Source: Octopus vulgaris (taxonomy: Eukaryota). Taken from it: a stretch of 64,000 nt of DNA. The stretch spans positions 59,272,001 through 59,336,000 of the forward strand of contig OX597814.1 in assembly GCA_951406725.2 (NCBI GenBank), written 5' to 3'. Under the pieces are notes generated by a model, which was not told the origin of the DNA, did no database searches, and was given only the letters and a program-made list of their open reading frames with translations. Below are positions 11,901 to 26,559 of this stretch, piece after piece (position 1 is the stretch's first letter; each line of letters begins with the position of its first letter). The position numbers and the translations under genes were made by a program.

Positions 11901-14036
11901 TCCTTTTTGAGGAATTTTTTTTCAATCGGAGAAGGAAGAATAGTGTGAAGACGGATGCATTCTCCATTAAAATCTAGGTAGTAAACATCACAATCTGGAC
12001 GTGTCTCAATCGTCTGAGTAAAGACAGATAAATAAGGTCACTTTCCCGTGACTATTGTTTTCCACCAACTTTCAGGTCGAGTGCCTGTGAAAGACATTCA
12101 TTAGTATATTAGATTTAGCATATACACCTTGCGTTATTTAGCAATAATATTTCCATATTTTATCACATTCGATGTTTCATATCGAGCAGGAATTATGACT
12201 AGGAATTAGTAACTTTTAACTTTTTCTTCTTGGGGATAAGGATACTTTCCCCGCATTTGCCAGTTATATGTTTACTTGGGCTACACCAATACCTCATTAA
12301 ATATTTCTAATATGTATCCTTGATATATATTTTAACCAGATATTATGGTCTTATCGTGTTTAGGTGTCCAAATCCCGGCACTTCTCTTACAGCCTTTAGG
12401 CTAATTATTCTACTGTGCAGGAAGCCACACATAATACACACATTGCGCATATGATGTAGTGGCTGTTGTCTTAGAAAACCTCTTCCTCAATGAATTATTA
12501 TGTAACATTCCTCTATCAAATCTATCAAATTGTATTAATGCTGTTGCACTGAAGACACTCTACATTTTTAAGGTCTTTTTTGTTTTTCATAGTTCTTGAA
12601 TTATTTCCATTTTTGTTTGTTGTATATTTTTCTTCATTTAAATCTTATTACCTTTATTATAAAGTTATTACCATGTTTCTGTTGTTCTTGTTAATTTCGT
12701 CATTAATTTGTAAGTATTCTTGGGTTTAGGATTTCTCTTATACACTTATATACCATATTCTGTTAGTATGTGATAGTTCCATTTTTGTTCTGTGCCCTTT
12801 CTACTCTTCCTCTCCTATGGCTACAACATTTTCCTCACCACTAAAAAACTATTTCCGCTTAACGAATTAAACTTTCCCTAGAGATAGTTCTTTATGTTCC
12901 AAAAATATTCATATTTGTAGCACATTATACAAATGCATTACTACATAGATCAGAGAAACCGAAAAGTAAATTTAAAGCGTTGTAAACCTAAAATACTTTA
13001 ATCTAGTGAAGGCGCGTCAAAGCCAAAGTTTCTAACTCACTGTCAATATTTTTCTCGTAAAAATTATATGTATATGAGTATGTAAGTGCTGTGTATAAAA
13101 ATTGTTAGCCTTAATATAGTTATATATTTTCATTTTTTTCTTTCATTTTTACTGAGGGAGAGCTCCTATTATTACAGACATAATGCTTACTTTCATGAAA
13201 AATCTACTTAAATTTTCTTGTAACTTGATAGAGTTAATAAATTACAGGGTAAAGATTTAACCGGAATTTTTTTATATGTATTTCGGAACGCATATTTTTA
13301 GTTATCTCTTTCTAATAATAACATTAAGAGTGATTCACTTTGATCTTCTTCACAGTCCAGACAGGCTTGTGACAAATATTCATAACCACATCGTTCATTG
13401 TTACATGCCAAATGCGTTACGTATTTATAGTGCTTATTTTCTGTCTATAATTAGATATTACTTATTACTGATTATGCGCTTATATTCTGCTTTCCTAAAA
13501 AATATGAAGGCGGTAGTAATGAATTTTTTGTTGATTGAAGTGTACAGTTGATGTCAGTTTGTTCTATACATGTGTCCATACTGTTGATATAACTAGTAAT
13601 TCAACTCTCATTTCTAAGCTTTCCATTTCCACAAAACTTCTAATTCTGCGTTTTTGCATATAAGCTCACACTATGTCCAGTTTTGCTGATTACTGACCAA
13701 AGAGTTATGATATCCTTATTTGCTTTTACTCTAATATCTTTAATGTTATTATAGTTTTAGGTCAACTTCACTGTATTTATAATATTTGCTTTTCTTTTTA
13801 CTTTTCATATGATTACTACATGCTGGTGTATATTTATCTTAGGTTATAGTTTATTTAATGTTTTTCTAGATAAGCAATTGTTTAGGAAATGTCCTATGTT
13901 GTATCTAACTAATAATTGCAGCCTTAGGATTAGAACTTAGATCGTAACAGAAGTAACACGTTTTGTTGAACTTTGCAAAGTCATGTATATTTTCCTTTTA
14001 CGCTGACAATTTCAGGTTCAGTAAACAAATTTATGT

Positions 14037-14265
14037 GGAGGTGCGTGGCTTAGTGGTTAGGGTGTCAGCATCATGATCGTAATATTGTGGTTTTGATTCC
14101 TGGACCGGGCGACGCGTTGTGTTCTTGAGCAAAACACTTAATTTGACGTTGCTCCAGTCCACTCAGCTGGCAAAATTGAGTAACGCTGCGGGAACACATA
14201 CGCCATAGAAACCGGGAAAGCGGGCCCATGAGCTTAGCTAGGCTTTAAAAGGGCGCAAGAAGAAG
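14037..14265 (+). mobile_element. tRNA-derived SINE (family C)
   Basis: A box tggcttagtgg, B-box-like gttttgattcc, 'gtgttcttgagcaaaacactt'; related copies at 42669 and 61104. Confidence 0.8.
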
Positions 14266-14584
14266 AATAAACAAATTTAGATATGTCTTTACTGGCAAAA
14301 AATGCTTCTCAAAATAATTAGTAAAGTTACCAAATTCGTTAGCGACCGACCTACATATTTACTCCAGCTGATGAAAATTACAGTAAATTCTAATGGAATC
14401 ATATCCTATCAATCCTGAAAAGTAGAACGCTTTGAAGATAGTGATACTAAATACGATTCACTCAACACACAGAGATTAGTAGTGTTAGATAACTTCCGAG
14501 CATGACTCCAATAATTCAGTTTTAATTTGGGGTTAAATAACGACTAAGGAATTCTAAGATGTTGATTTACTGAAATCTTATAAG

Positions 14585-14972
14585 ATTCTTTTCTACTCTA
14601 GTTACGAGGCCCGAAATTTTGGGGGAGGAGACCGGTCGATTAGATCGACCGCAGTACGCATCTAGTACTTAATTTATAGACCCCGAAAGGATGAAAGGCA
14701 ATGTCGATCTCGGAATTTCGCCCGGCGTGTTAACGTTTCTTATTTCTTTATTGCCCACAAGGGGCTAAACATAGAGGGGACAAACAAGGACAAACAAAGG
14801 GATTAAGTAGATTACAACGACCCCAGTGCGTTACTGGTACTTATTTAATCGACCCCGAAAGGATGAAAGGCAAAGTCGACCTCGGTGGAATTTGAACTCA
14901 GAACGTAACGGCAGACGAAATACTGCTAAGCATTTTGCCCGACGTGCTAACGATTCTGCCATCTTGCCGCCT
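14585..14972 (-). mobile_element. Two tandem family A SINEs (partial 14585-14740, near full-length 14741-14972)
   Basis: Two copies of 'gaccccgaaaggatgaaaggcaa'; different 3' tails. Confidence 0.85.
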
Positions 14973-14999
14973 TGAAATATTTTAATATTAATATGGGAA

Positions 15000-15162
15000 A
15001 GGTGGTGCGGTGGTAGATTCATTAGCACGTCGGGAAAAATGCTAAATGGCATTTCATGTGACATTATAGTTTGAGTTGAATTCAACCGAGGTTGAATTTA
15101 CCTTTTAAACTCTCGGCGTCGGTATAAAACTACTGGCCTTGTGCCAAAATTTGAAACCAATA
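15000..15162 (+). mobile_element. Family A SINE, degenerate, head-to-head with previous copy
   Basis: 'attagcacgtcgggaaaaatgct...ctggccttgtgccaaaatttgaaacc'. Confidence 0.7.
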
Positions 15163-15640
15163 TTACGATATGAGTAGATTGAAAATTTGGAAACTCACAT
15201 ACGGCTTCTATTCCTGAAATATTTTAAGTGAAATCTTCATTTTAGCGGGACAGTTGGCTGCCATAATAATACAAATAATAATTAACAATTTTACTCCGCT
15301 TAAGAATATTTCAAAATTTTTCTTTATATACGATACAAGTTTTGTAATATATATCTTATGCGTTGATACTCTAAAGAAAGTAATGTGTCATACCATATAG
15401 GTATATTGCATGTTAGCTTTTGATGACAAATACCTGAAGAAATTGGTGGCATTCGTGTAAAGTTCCTGCTTTTGTGTTGTGTTTTAAAGATACAGTGTTG
15501 TTATATATTATAAAAAGAAGTAGCATGCTTCTGGAAAAGAAAGCCTCGTTCATGGAAACCATTCATTCGAGATAATCACTCTGAGGCATAGTCAACGCAT
15601 AAATATGTAAATGACCAATATAAGACTATACCCTGTCTCC

Positions 15641-15677
15641 TGTTTCTGAAGAAATTCTTTGCTCGAAACGTAAAACA
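15641..15677 (+). ncRNA. Minimal hammerhead motif with decayed stem II in a PLE pLTR fragment (~15600-15785)
   Basis: tgttt-CTGAAGA-aattctttgctc-GAAA-cg-TA-aaaca; stem I perfect, stem II disrupted; downstream sequence related to 32240-32350. Confidence 0.6.
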
Positions 15678-16409
15678 CCCTTTCTTTCCTTCACTGTGCG
15701 TCTTATTAATATCTTGTATGTACCACGTCCTTGCGTTATTGTTTTTTTCTTGCCGTTTTTGTTTTTTGTTTTGTTAATTATATATATATATGCATGTATG
15801 TATATATATTTGTGTATCTATCTGTCTATCTATATGTGTGTGTATACATGCATTTATATACGCAATGATACGTGTATGCACGGCTGGAATATGTGCATGC
15901 ATGAATGTATGTATGCATAAAAGTATGTATGTTTGTGTAAATATGTGTTTGTATGTCTATAGATATCAGCACGAATTTGCAAAACCTAAACCAATTCGTT
16001 GATATCAGAATATTTTATTATTTACGTAATTATATCTAGGCGTACCGAAATCTGAGATAGCTACACCTAGGTTCAAACAATAAGTTAAATAAAGGATTTC
16101 ACGTATCATTTGCAGATTAAATTTATTAAGTACAAAAATTATTACGCGTCGGCGCACGGAGTTCGTAGTAGTTTTGGAAATATCCATAATGGCTCTTTTA
16201 TAGAGCATTGCATTTTTGCTTTACATTTCGCTATATTTGTTAATGCATAGATTTTATATACACACTCAGACTAAGACCTACATATACACATACATGTCTA
16301 TGTGTATGTATGCATGTATGTGTCCATGTACCTACGCATGTATGTTTGTATCTACCTATCTATCCATCTCTCTATCTATCTACCTATCTATATATATATA
16401 TATATATAT

Positions 16410-17700
16410 TATATTAAATTAGAGATAAAACCACTATTAGGCAAATCATACAATGAAAATCTTAAGCCAATACATAAGATTAATTAATTTATATTATTTT
16501 AAATATATATCAAAATTATTAAAAAAAGATAATGAACTATAACACTACGATCGTTTCATGGCTGTCCAATTCGTAAAAATTCGAGTTACAGTCAATCTTC
16601 AGGTGATTGAAATATCTAAAATATAATCAGAAATATTTAAACAATATTTTTAAGATATAAATAATATATATAATATAATAATTTTACTTATAATAAACTC
16701 TATTATCAAACTAGAGACATAGAACTTAACAATTATAATTATATCCAAATCGATTATAATGTTAAATATTAATTTTAATTTATAAGGTAGGAAACCCACC
16801 CATAATCTAATATCAATATTAGTCTATATCTAATTACATAAATATTTAAAATGACTAATATATATAAATTATCAATGAAAATATATAAATGTATATAAAT
16901 ATTATAATTAAGATCTAAAATAATCTCTATAAATAATTGTATATGCACATATAATAAAAACCTAATAAATTTAATTTTTCATATTTAAAGATGAAATAGC
17001 TAATTTCATAATACAAATAAACTAACTTAAACGAACTTTCGGAAATCTTATGTAAAATACTTTTAGAAATAATCAATTCGTAGTAATATAGTATCGAATA
17101 AATACTATAAATACTATAAGTATAATTATCAATGGGAATAATTATTGGATATAAATTTAAAGAAATAACTAAGTTATGCTATTAAATTAGACATGGCCTG
17201 GACCAATCTTTAGTCGAAACATAATAAGTTTATCAAAGTTTATCTAATTTAATTATAAATTTAAAACTACAATTAATACTATTAAAACATGTATATACAA
17301 AGCCTAACTTAATACACCTAGTATGCTTGCTATCAAATAACAAATCTATCGCTAAGAAGTATCTTACGAAGAAACTTAAAATTTAATATCTAATAATATA
17401 GAAAATTACGATAATTAGATCATTACATATTCAACGATATTTACATAAGGAGAATATTATTACTCCAAAGGCTTATGCAATATTAAAATTTACAATTTGA
17501 AGATCTTAAATAAATACATACTTATCTTAGCGAGGTTTAACAATGAACTAAAATTTTGAATCAGAAAACGTCTTTTACAGCATGGAATTACGTTATTAGC
17601 AAACAAAAAAGAATAAATTGTTGAAGAATTCATTACGCGTGAGGAACCTACGTTTTATTAAAGATTGTGAATGGGAAAATTATTTGTTTATCATTGTAAA
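16410..17700 (-). mobile_element. AT-rich PLE terminal-repeat-like element carrying a hammerhead motif
   Basis: Bounded by (TA)n; HHR at 16541-16608; possible RT remnants further right (~17800-18900, weak). Confidence 0.55.
16541..16608 (-). ncRNA. Type I hammerhead motif
   Basis: Minus strand: atcac-CTGAAGA-ttgactgt...acagccat-GAAA-cgatcg-TA-gtg; palindromic stem III identical to the 1047 motif; short stem I and mismatches in stem II. Confidence 0.7.
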
Positions 17701-19739
17701 TATGTATATATATATGTATATGTATATATATATATAAATATAAATATATATATATATATCATGTGTGTGCGTGGCTGAGTGTATGTTGTCGGTATTTATT
17801 TTGTGTATTGTATTTGAAATATTTGGTGAAGATGACATTCTTGTTAAAGTCAAATAACTTCTTTGGCAAGGTGTAAAGTATTAATATCTTCGAAAATTAT
17901 TTATGCATTGGTAAATTTTTCACATTCATGAAGAGGTTTTCTATTAAGGAATTTTTTATAAGCAAATGCAATATATTAGTTTGCGATAATCATCATTGTA
18001 TTCCTCTATATTGTCAGCAATATAATATTTGTCACTCTCTCCTAAACAACCTAATTAGAAATCTTTTACTAAAACCTAAGCCTATGAAACTTAATGTACC
18101 TTCTATGTCTTAAAGTTTGACATTCGATATAAGAATTTTATGAATATTTTCATGAATATATAGCTGAGAAATTAGGAACTGTAGATTGGTTTTTGTGGAT
18201 TTATCAAAATTTTCGATACGGTAAGACAAGATGTAAAATAAAACTACTTTTCTTGATAACATGACAAAGGTCATTTCCTTAAATGAGGTAAGGAATTTTC
18301 CGAAGATCTTTCGAATACTTCGGAGTCTTTAAGCTTTATAAGCAAGTCGATATCTTGGCGCCCATGTTGCTTGCTCTTAATCATTAAATTGGTTTTCATC
18401 ATGCTTTACGGAATGTTGTGTTAGTTCAATTTCGATCGAGAGAACAGAATTCATTAATTCCTATAGGTTGATTATGCAATACTTTTATATATGTCTGTTA
18501 AATGCTCCTAGCTGTTAAAGTCTTTGATCTCACTATTAGCTGAAAGAAAACAGAAATAAATCATCGATTTAAACTGATGTCTGAAGAAAGAAGTTTGCAA
18601 AATTCAACTTACCAATATTCTTGAACGGTAAACATAAATCGCCTGTCTTTGATATCATATATGTAAGAACTATCCATTACCTGGCAAGTAGAATTGTAGC
18701 AAATGCTCCATTGAATGCGAAATCATAAATATTTTAACTATATTAAATTATTCTCTTGGTAAATTGCTGCATCATGTCTAAACCATGTCTAAAAACATAA
18801 ATTGATGTATCTTGAACTATACAATTTTACTTTCCAATCTGAATCTGAAATCTAGTCACAAACGTTATTTCCACACAGCTTGTGGTGATAAGTAGAAGGA
18901 AATGCTATACAATTTTGATCTTTCTAGATTGTTATCATTCGAATATTAACATTTCCGTTTTCTCTTTCAATATAACTGAATTACTCATGTAATTTGGGCA
19001 AGTGAACAATTCCTACAGTTTATGTGTATGTACAGAATATTGAGAGATACTTTTTAGAAAAATTGATGAATTGAAATCAAATTTATCTGATTCAAATATC
19101 AGAACATCGACCGAAGAAATGGTGCAGGATCCCAAATTACGATGGAAACTATAAAATAAAGCGCAGACGTCAATTTAATTGGGGTTGATAAGTTCATTAT
19201 GTGAAATGCTTCAGAAACAATGATTAAAAACAGAAGTTGAATTTATATAATTGGAAACTCTGCTGAAATGTCATGTCAATTTTCTTCAAAATTCAAAATA
19301 ATTTCATACAAAATATTCTTTTAAACTCAAAATAGTTTCTTTGACAACATTCCTATATTATTACGGTTTTCTGGAACCAATTTAATATTATGGAAAGCGA
19401 TTTTTTTTATGTATTACCGAATAAATTGGTAATGGCTTAAAATACAAAAAAATGGTGTATACACCTTAGAATAGGAAACAGTCTAAAATATTGATAGAAG
19501 TATTTAAGTGGCAGTTATGTTATCGACACAATGCGGTTGAAAGTTCAAATCAAACTTCGTATGAGTTGAACTTAGATCATTCAGTAAGTTATTGCATAAT
19601 AACATTCTACCGAATATTCGATCGAAAGGAAGTCGCCACTGGTTCATGGGATACTGATTTCAGCATACACTTTAAAGCCGTCGCTTTTCATATTCGCACA
19701 ATATATCAACATCATCATAGTCGCTGTCGACAATGTCGT

Positions 19740-19855
19740 TGCCATCATCAACATCATAATCATCATTCTCATCACCATCCTCCTCCTCCTCCTCCTCCTC
19801 CTCGTCATCATCATCGACATCGCCGTTGTTGTTTGTCGTCATCATTATCATTATC
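19740..19855. repeat. (CAT)n/(CCT)n compound microsatellite
   Basis: Directly visible. Confidence 0.9.
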
Positions 19856-19974
19856 AATTTCATTCGTAATGGACAGCGCGTGCACATATCAAATCATGTC
19901 AGCTTATTAAGCCTAATATAAGTCACGAGTAAGTTCAATGTAAATTCTAGAGTTTTCATTGAAAGAAAAGAAAA

Positions 19975-21205
19975 CACATTAACCCGTCCATAAATAAAAG
20001 TATTGTCAAAAATCAAACAGTGGCTGCTAGATTATGGTTTGAAGATAACATAATCTTCAAACTAGCTGCCATAATTTTCCACTGCGGCCTCAAGACGGTT
20101 CCGGAATCTGGCGCATGTGTTTTCCACTGTTTTTCACTCATGATCTTAAACACCACCTCAACCTTGATGTTGCAGGCAGAACAGTTGGCATCTTTCTCAA
20201 CCGTCCCACAGAGAGTGAGAGTAACCTATATGATTACAAACGGGGTGGGGAGTCCAGAAATTGGGTCTGGTGAAATCGTAGAAATTCCTCAACTACCTAT
20301 GACTGTTTCCGGAAGTATGGCGAGAAACCCAATTCTGCTACCACGCAAATGGGCTTCTAGTATAAGACACCTCCAGCCAGGGTTGACCAGTCTCCAGCAG
20401 CTTCATGTAGCCGTCTAAATTGAGACTAATGCCCTGTTCCATGATGTTGGGTGGTATGACATCATCCTCACTGAGAGCATACCCAAAGACCACTAAAGAT
20501 TTTTTTTGGGGAGGGGTGTTTGCTTTTCATGATGTCAACGTTACGTCTTACAACATTTACAGTTGTCACAGAGCATTGAGCAGCACCCGGCACGAATATA
20601 GGCAACTGTTTTCAAGTATTCAGATCGCTTGCAACCCTTAGCTTCAGCTAACTTTTCCTTTATGATTTCCGACACCGTCGACATTTCACCAATACTTCAA
20701 GCTATTCTCAAAAACAGGAGACTTCCAATATCTATTTCTTTACTACCCACAAGGGGCTAAACACAGATGGGCCAAACAAGGACAGACAAAGGGATTAGGT
20801 CGATTACATCGACCCCAATGCGTAACTGGTACTTAATTTATCGACGCCGAACGTATGAAAGACAAAGTCGACGTCGGCGGAATTTGAACTCGGAACGTAA
20901 CGACAGACGAAATACGGCTATGCATTTCGCCCGCGTGCTAACGTCTCTGCCAGCTCGCCACCTTCCAATATCGTCACATTAAACTTGAACACGCTGCACA
21001 TGAGCTCCCCCAGGCCCTACACTCTTCCTAACCTGGTTCAGAAAGAGCCAATGTGAAATTATAGATGTTCTGATACTTACCACTGCCCCAATTAAGCAGT
21101 CGTTGAAGGACACAACAGCATACAATCAACCGATCATTAAAACAACTTAAAATTTTAAAACTTAAGTTCGTGTAAATCGACTCATTTGTATGCAACATCG
21201 TTTAT
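19975..21205 (-). mobile_element. maT/DD37D-like Tc1-mariner transposon relic interrupted by a SINE
   Basis: Minus-strand fragments VFGYALSEDDVIPP, VWQQ, WGTVEKDAN-like, ACARFRNRLEA; terminal 'gttgcatacaaatgagtc' near 21180-21197. Confidence 0.7.
20733..20962 (-). mobile_element. Full-length family A SINE with 10-bp TSD
   Basis: TSD ttccaatatc at 20723-20732 and 20963-20972. Confidence 0.9.
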
Positions 21206-21353
21206 ATTAGAAGACTCCATGTAGTTTATACTAAAGAATATGTTAATATGTCCGTTAAACAATGCTACACGACATAAAATTATGACAAGCGAAAAAAAGT
21301 ACAATCTACAAACAGTAATACACTACGTTGTCGTTTGTTATGACCGGTCAGAA

Positions 21354-21398
21354 ATTTAACATAGGTTTCATACTATTTAACATAGGTTTCATACTATT
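21354..21398 (+). repeat. Perfect 21-bp tandem duplication
   Basis: atttaacataggtttcatact x2. Confidence 0.9.
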
Positions 21399-21959
21399 AT
21401 TGCTCTTAGCAATATACGCGTTAGCACGATGGTGAAAAAATGCTCTGAAACGAAATTGTTCGAAGCCTTATCTAGGTGAGACGAAGTTATCTCCCTTTGA
21501 ATAGTTTCAGTTGATTCCAAAATTGGACATTTTATATACGTTTTCCGTTAACTATTCAGTAAGTGGGGAGACCTGACTCCAACAAAAATTAACTCTCATA
21601 AGGGCACCGAATAAACATTTCAGCTTTTTAAAATTTAAGAAGCTTCTCGGGTTAAGCGAATTATTTTGAGAATCCTTGGCCTTTCGTCCAAGCAAACTTT
21701 GCATCATCTATTCCGTTGAGGCTGTTCCAGGAGATTCCATTTAGTACTGCATGACGTTCTCTCTTATTTCTTTTATATTTCATTTATTATTTCATTTGTA
21801 TTTGGTCAAAGAGGTAAAGTTGTGTATCACTAGAATCCTAACAGAAGTTCGTTGTTTTTCATACTCATATCCAACATGTTTTCGTGGCTCCAAGATATCT
21901 CAGTCTATGTGTCCCAGTGCCTATTTTTAATCCTAACGCTTGTTCTATTGGTGTATACT

Positions 21960-22110
21960 TCGAATTGCTAAATTTACGGAATTCACTTACAAGGCTTCGA
22001 TCGATCTGGAACTGGTATAGAAGATCATTGCCGCAGGTACCATGCAGTGCTAGTGAACCCAGAACCATGTGGATAGGAAGTGAACTTGTTACCAGAGTCA
22101 CAGCTCAGCC
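21960..22110 (-). mobile_element. Family B SINE 5' part, degenerate
   Basis: 'ttcacttacaaggcttcgatcg...gaacccagaaccatgtgg'. Confidence 0.65.
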
Positions 22111-22367
22111 CATAAAGCCCTTTATGTGTGTGTGTGCATATGTATGTGTATATGCCTATATATATATATATGTATGTATATATATACATACTCAGAAACA
22201 TTTTTCTAAAGAACAATGCTTTAGAGAACCAAAAGCCGGCGGGCGCTTTTGCATTCTCCCATCCTTATCGTCTTCGTTTCGTTATCATTCACTTCATTAA
22301 TGTCTTTGTCCAGCCTGCGAAGCTACACTCTATGAACTGCCTTTATGGCAAATATAATAATGCAATA

Positions 22368-22532
22368 AAGTAGCTTGCTTAGCAACCACATGGTTCCGGA
22401 TTCATTCCCACTGCACGTGGCACGTTTGGCAAGTGTCTTCTACTATAAGCCTCGGGCCGACCAAAGCCTTGTGAGTGGATTTAGTAGACGGAAACGGAAA
22501 GAAGCTCGTCGTATATATGTATACATATATAC

Positions 22533-22566
<34 letters not shown>

Positions 22567-22803
22567 GTTTATGTGAGTGTCTGTTTGTGTGTCTGTGTTT
22601 GTTCCCCCCAACATCGCTTGACAACTGATGGTAGTATGTTTACGTCCCCGTAACTTAGCGGTTCGGCAAAAGAGGCCGACAGAATAAGTACTAGGATTCC
22701 AAAGAGTAAGTCCTAGGTCGATTTGCTCGAATTAAGGCGGTGCTCCAGCATGGACGCAGTCAAATTACTGAAACAAATAAAAGAGTAAAAAAGTAAAAGA
22801 ATA
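22368..22803 (+). mobile_element. Family B tRNA-derived SINE (CORE-like, internal TA/TG microsatellite)
   Basis: 'aaccacatggttccgg...ggcaagtgtcttctactata...gtagacggaaac'-(TA)n-'cccccaacatcgcttgacaac...ggcggtgctccagcatgg...gtaaaaga'. Confidence 0.85.
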
Positions 22804-23194
22804 GTTATTTCTAATAAATATTTTCACTCTCCTCTGAATTTAAATTTCGTATAGTTGACGCACCGCATATATCCTCTTTGCGTTTGCCTATATAGACGCA
22901 CACACAAAAATTAATACACACAACTTTATATGCTTCGTCGCAAATAAGGGATTTCCACTGTGTACATTCGTCGAAGCGCCAAGAAAATGAGTGAGAAATT
23001 CATCCACAAGACATGTGGTACACTTAGGGCTGAATTCAACTAGCGGCCCTTTCAGTTACTCCATTGTTTCAACGACCCTCTGAATCTTCCTACCTCCCTA
23101 GAGGAATGTAGGTTTAAGTGAAGCATGCGTAGTGCCGCTACTGCATTCTTGGATTGGTTGAATATTTCGAATGCAATAATATTGCATGTAGCAA

Positions 23195-23390
23195 GTTGAT
23201 TTCAAATTTTGGCACAACGCCAGCAAGTTTAGGGGAGGGAGTACATCGATTTAATTGGCTAAAGTGCTAAGCTGGTACTTACTTTATCGACCTTGAACGG
23301 ATGAAAACAAAGTCTTCCACGGCAGGATTTTATTTCAGAACGTAAAGAGACGCAAAATGCTAATAAGAATTGTGCAAACAATTCTGTCAG
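23195..23390 (-). mobile_element. Family A SINE, degenerate
   Basis: 'ttcaaattttggcacaa...tttatcgaccttgaacggatgaaaa'. Confidence 0.7.
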
Positions 23391-25427
23391 TACAAGTACT
23401 AATATGGAAGAAGGTTTAATACTATTGGGATATATTAATAGTCAAAATGCTAACCTTAACATTGTCATGTTTGATAAGTGTTTCATACTTTCATATTTTC
23501 AAAAGTGCAAGGGCATGTCATGGAGTTATCATTTAGGTTAAACAACAGAGAGTGAAAATGATTGAGAGCTAAAATCGTGCTCATAAGCTTGGGGATTTAA
23601 TTCCTGTAGCGGGTATTAAATTATATGTGCTTCATTCCTCTTCCGTTAACTAGGTGTCTATATGTGCTTGAAAATACATTAGCAACTAAAGGGATTTGCA
23701 AAAGCATAGCACACTTTAACAAATATTAATCATTCGCGAGTAACTGCTCGTTCTATTTGCCTAATTGATTACACGTAGTAAGAATCCCTGAGGAATAAAT
23801 CGACCAAATCCGACAAAAATATAAGCATTGCTACATATGTTGAATGTATTTTTCCATGTTACTTTTGAATTCATATACAGACACACGCATGCACACATAC
23901 GTACCACGCACACATTCACCCGTAGGTACATGCACACACAAACAGCCACACGCGTACATATATATATGTGTGTGTGTGTGTGTGTGTTTATGTGTGTGAG
24001 TGTACAAGCGTGCGTGTATGTTTTGTATGAGTGATTTACTCTAAAATCCCAAAATATTTCCAGTAATTTATAATTACTTAAAAGTATTCTGCGAGCCCTT
24101 TTAGTGAGTGATAGTTCGTTTAAGTGAGTTTAGTGCCATGCTGATGATGCCCGTAAAATCGAATTCCGTGTTGAGTCATTTGGATGCTTTTGTTACCTTT
24201 ATATAAAAACCTTTAGCTGGGTTTATAGAAAACCGTTTTATTCCATAAACAATTTTGTACCTAATTATAATCGACCGGCTGCCATACGTTAAAAGGCAAG
24301 AGGGAATATGAGCATTCGGCTCAACCGAAGGAGATTGCACGTTAATAAATGTTTGATGTAGAAGAGAAATACAGAACTGTGAGATAGTTTTAAGCATATT
24401 ATCTTTAGTAAAATGTAATAATCTGTAGCTAGAAACATGTGTTAGGTTTGCTATATTTATACATCCTTTGAAGAATTGAGCCATCTTCCATTAAGATGCG
24501 TTAAGATGTATTATGTTGACTTCAAAACACACGAATATTAGTGTTTGTGTGAGCATGCGGGTGTATGTGTGTGTTGGCGTGCGTGTGACAGATTCTGAGT
24601 TAGAGTTTTTTTTTTGTCTCTTCTGCGTATACATATAGCCATTTGCGTGTGCATGCATATTTAGGATTTCATTCAAAGCTGTTAACATATTTCGTATCAA
24701 AGTAAAACTACTTCTTTAACCTTCGTTTCTCATCTATTTATCAAATACTCTGGGATTTTCATGGTTTAGAGACATACCGGAGATGTATTTTAGAAAATGT
24801 GTGCCGGCTAATTCACTCTTTGAAATAAAAGAAAAATCATTATTGAAATACTATCTAAACGCGCAATAGTAAACGAGGAATTGACTGTTGAAAGTCATGC
24901 TCCTAAATATTAGAATATTTTAAGTAAAAATATTGTTTCATCTCCCTATAAAAGATTTTCACATCAATCATAAATAGCGTTTTTTTCTTTTACATACATG
25001 GCACTTTTTACTGAGTAATTGGATCTCTGTTTAGATCATAGGCGAATACTGGTGGGGAATATATGCCATTTTTCTGAAGTGTCAATGGGAAATCCTCTAT
25101 GATGAATAAGAGTATAAGTGCCATCATTCAGAAATCTGGCATAACTTCAATTTCTATTCCGACAGGTTGAAGTTTACATATTCCTCTTCGCTATGCCAAT
25201 TTAGTTATTAGGTAACACTGTATCTTCCATTTAAGACTAATGCCAAAAATATCATTATCTATCTTGCTATTCACCTTTATGCTTGTAACTCGCAATATAT
25301 CAATTCACATATTTACGGTCCACCTTACCGAAGAAGATTGGGCGATTACCGAATATTATACATGTATTTTCAATTTGATTTCACTGTTGCATTCATGTTT
25401 TCGCCTTGAAAATAGAACTTGCTGTAT

Positions 25428-25645
25428 ATTGATTTCAAAATTTAGCACAAGACCAACAATTTCATATGGGGGGTGAGTAGGTCGATTATATCGACCCCAG
25501 TACTCAACTGGTACTTATTTTATCGACCCCGAAAGGATGAAAGATAAAGTAAACCTCGACAGGATTTGAACTCAGATCGTAAAGACGGATGAAATACCGT
25601 TAAAAATTTTGTTCGGGTACTAACGCTTCTGCCATCTCGTTGCAT
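25428..25645 (-). mobile_element. Family A SINE
   Basis: 'ttatcgaccccgaaaggatgaaag...atttgaactcaga'. Confidence 0.8.
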
Positions 25646-25954
25646 TGAACATACTATATATTGGCGAAAGACCGCTGTACATATTTACGTAACTAACATT
25701 AGAATCATTTTAGCAAATAGATGCTTACCTTGATTGGAGCATCTACGTACATTCAAACATACAGACACACATATGAGTGCGTTTGATTATCGGTGTGTTT
25801 GTGTGTTTACATGCATATTATAAGTCATGTTTTATCTGCTATCTATTATGCACCTAAAATTATTGAAGTAGGTAAAATTTTGAGAAATTGGTTATAACAT
25901 AATTTACCCATACGCACATGCGCGCACACACGCACACACACAAACATAGACTCA

Positions 25955-26210
<256 letters not shown>

Positions 26211-26559
26211 GATTAGTAATGTATTAAACCTGCACGAAGACATCAGGCAACAACCTACGGAAGAACTAAAATTCCTCTTTCCGTATTCCTCGGGAGTTCT
26301 ATACAAGAGTAAATTTGCAGAAATTCACCATTGAAGCGGTGGTTATGCATTTTAAATTATAGCAGTACCAAATGAAACAACGAAGATGATGGTATTACAC
26401 ATCTTTGCGATTGTTTCAATGGTTACTAGAACTATATCATCAATTTGCACATTTGGTTTATACATATGAAATGAATGAAAATGTGTACAATTATCAAAGA
26501 AAGTACCATTAAGCATCAATCACAACGGACTTTATAATGAACATAATGATATGTTTGAA

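Noticed and set aside
14037-14110. tRNA genes at SINE heads (also 42669 and 61104)
   Set aside because: A/B-box similarity only; they continue into SINE bodies and give no complete cloverleaf
21354-21398. Direct repeats as a CRISPR-like array
   Set aside because: Only two adjacent units with no spacers, in eukaryotic context
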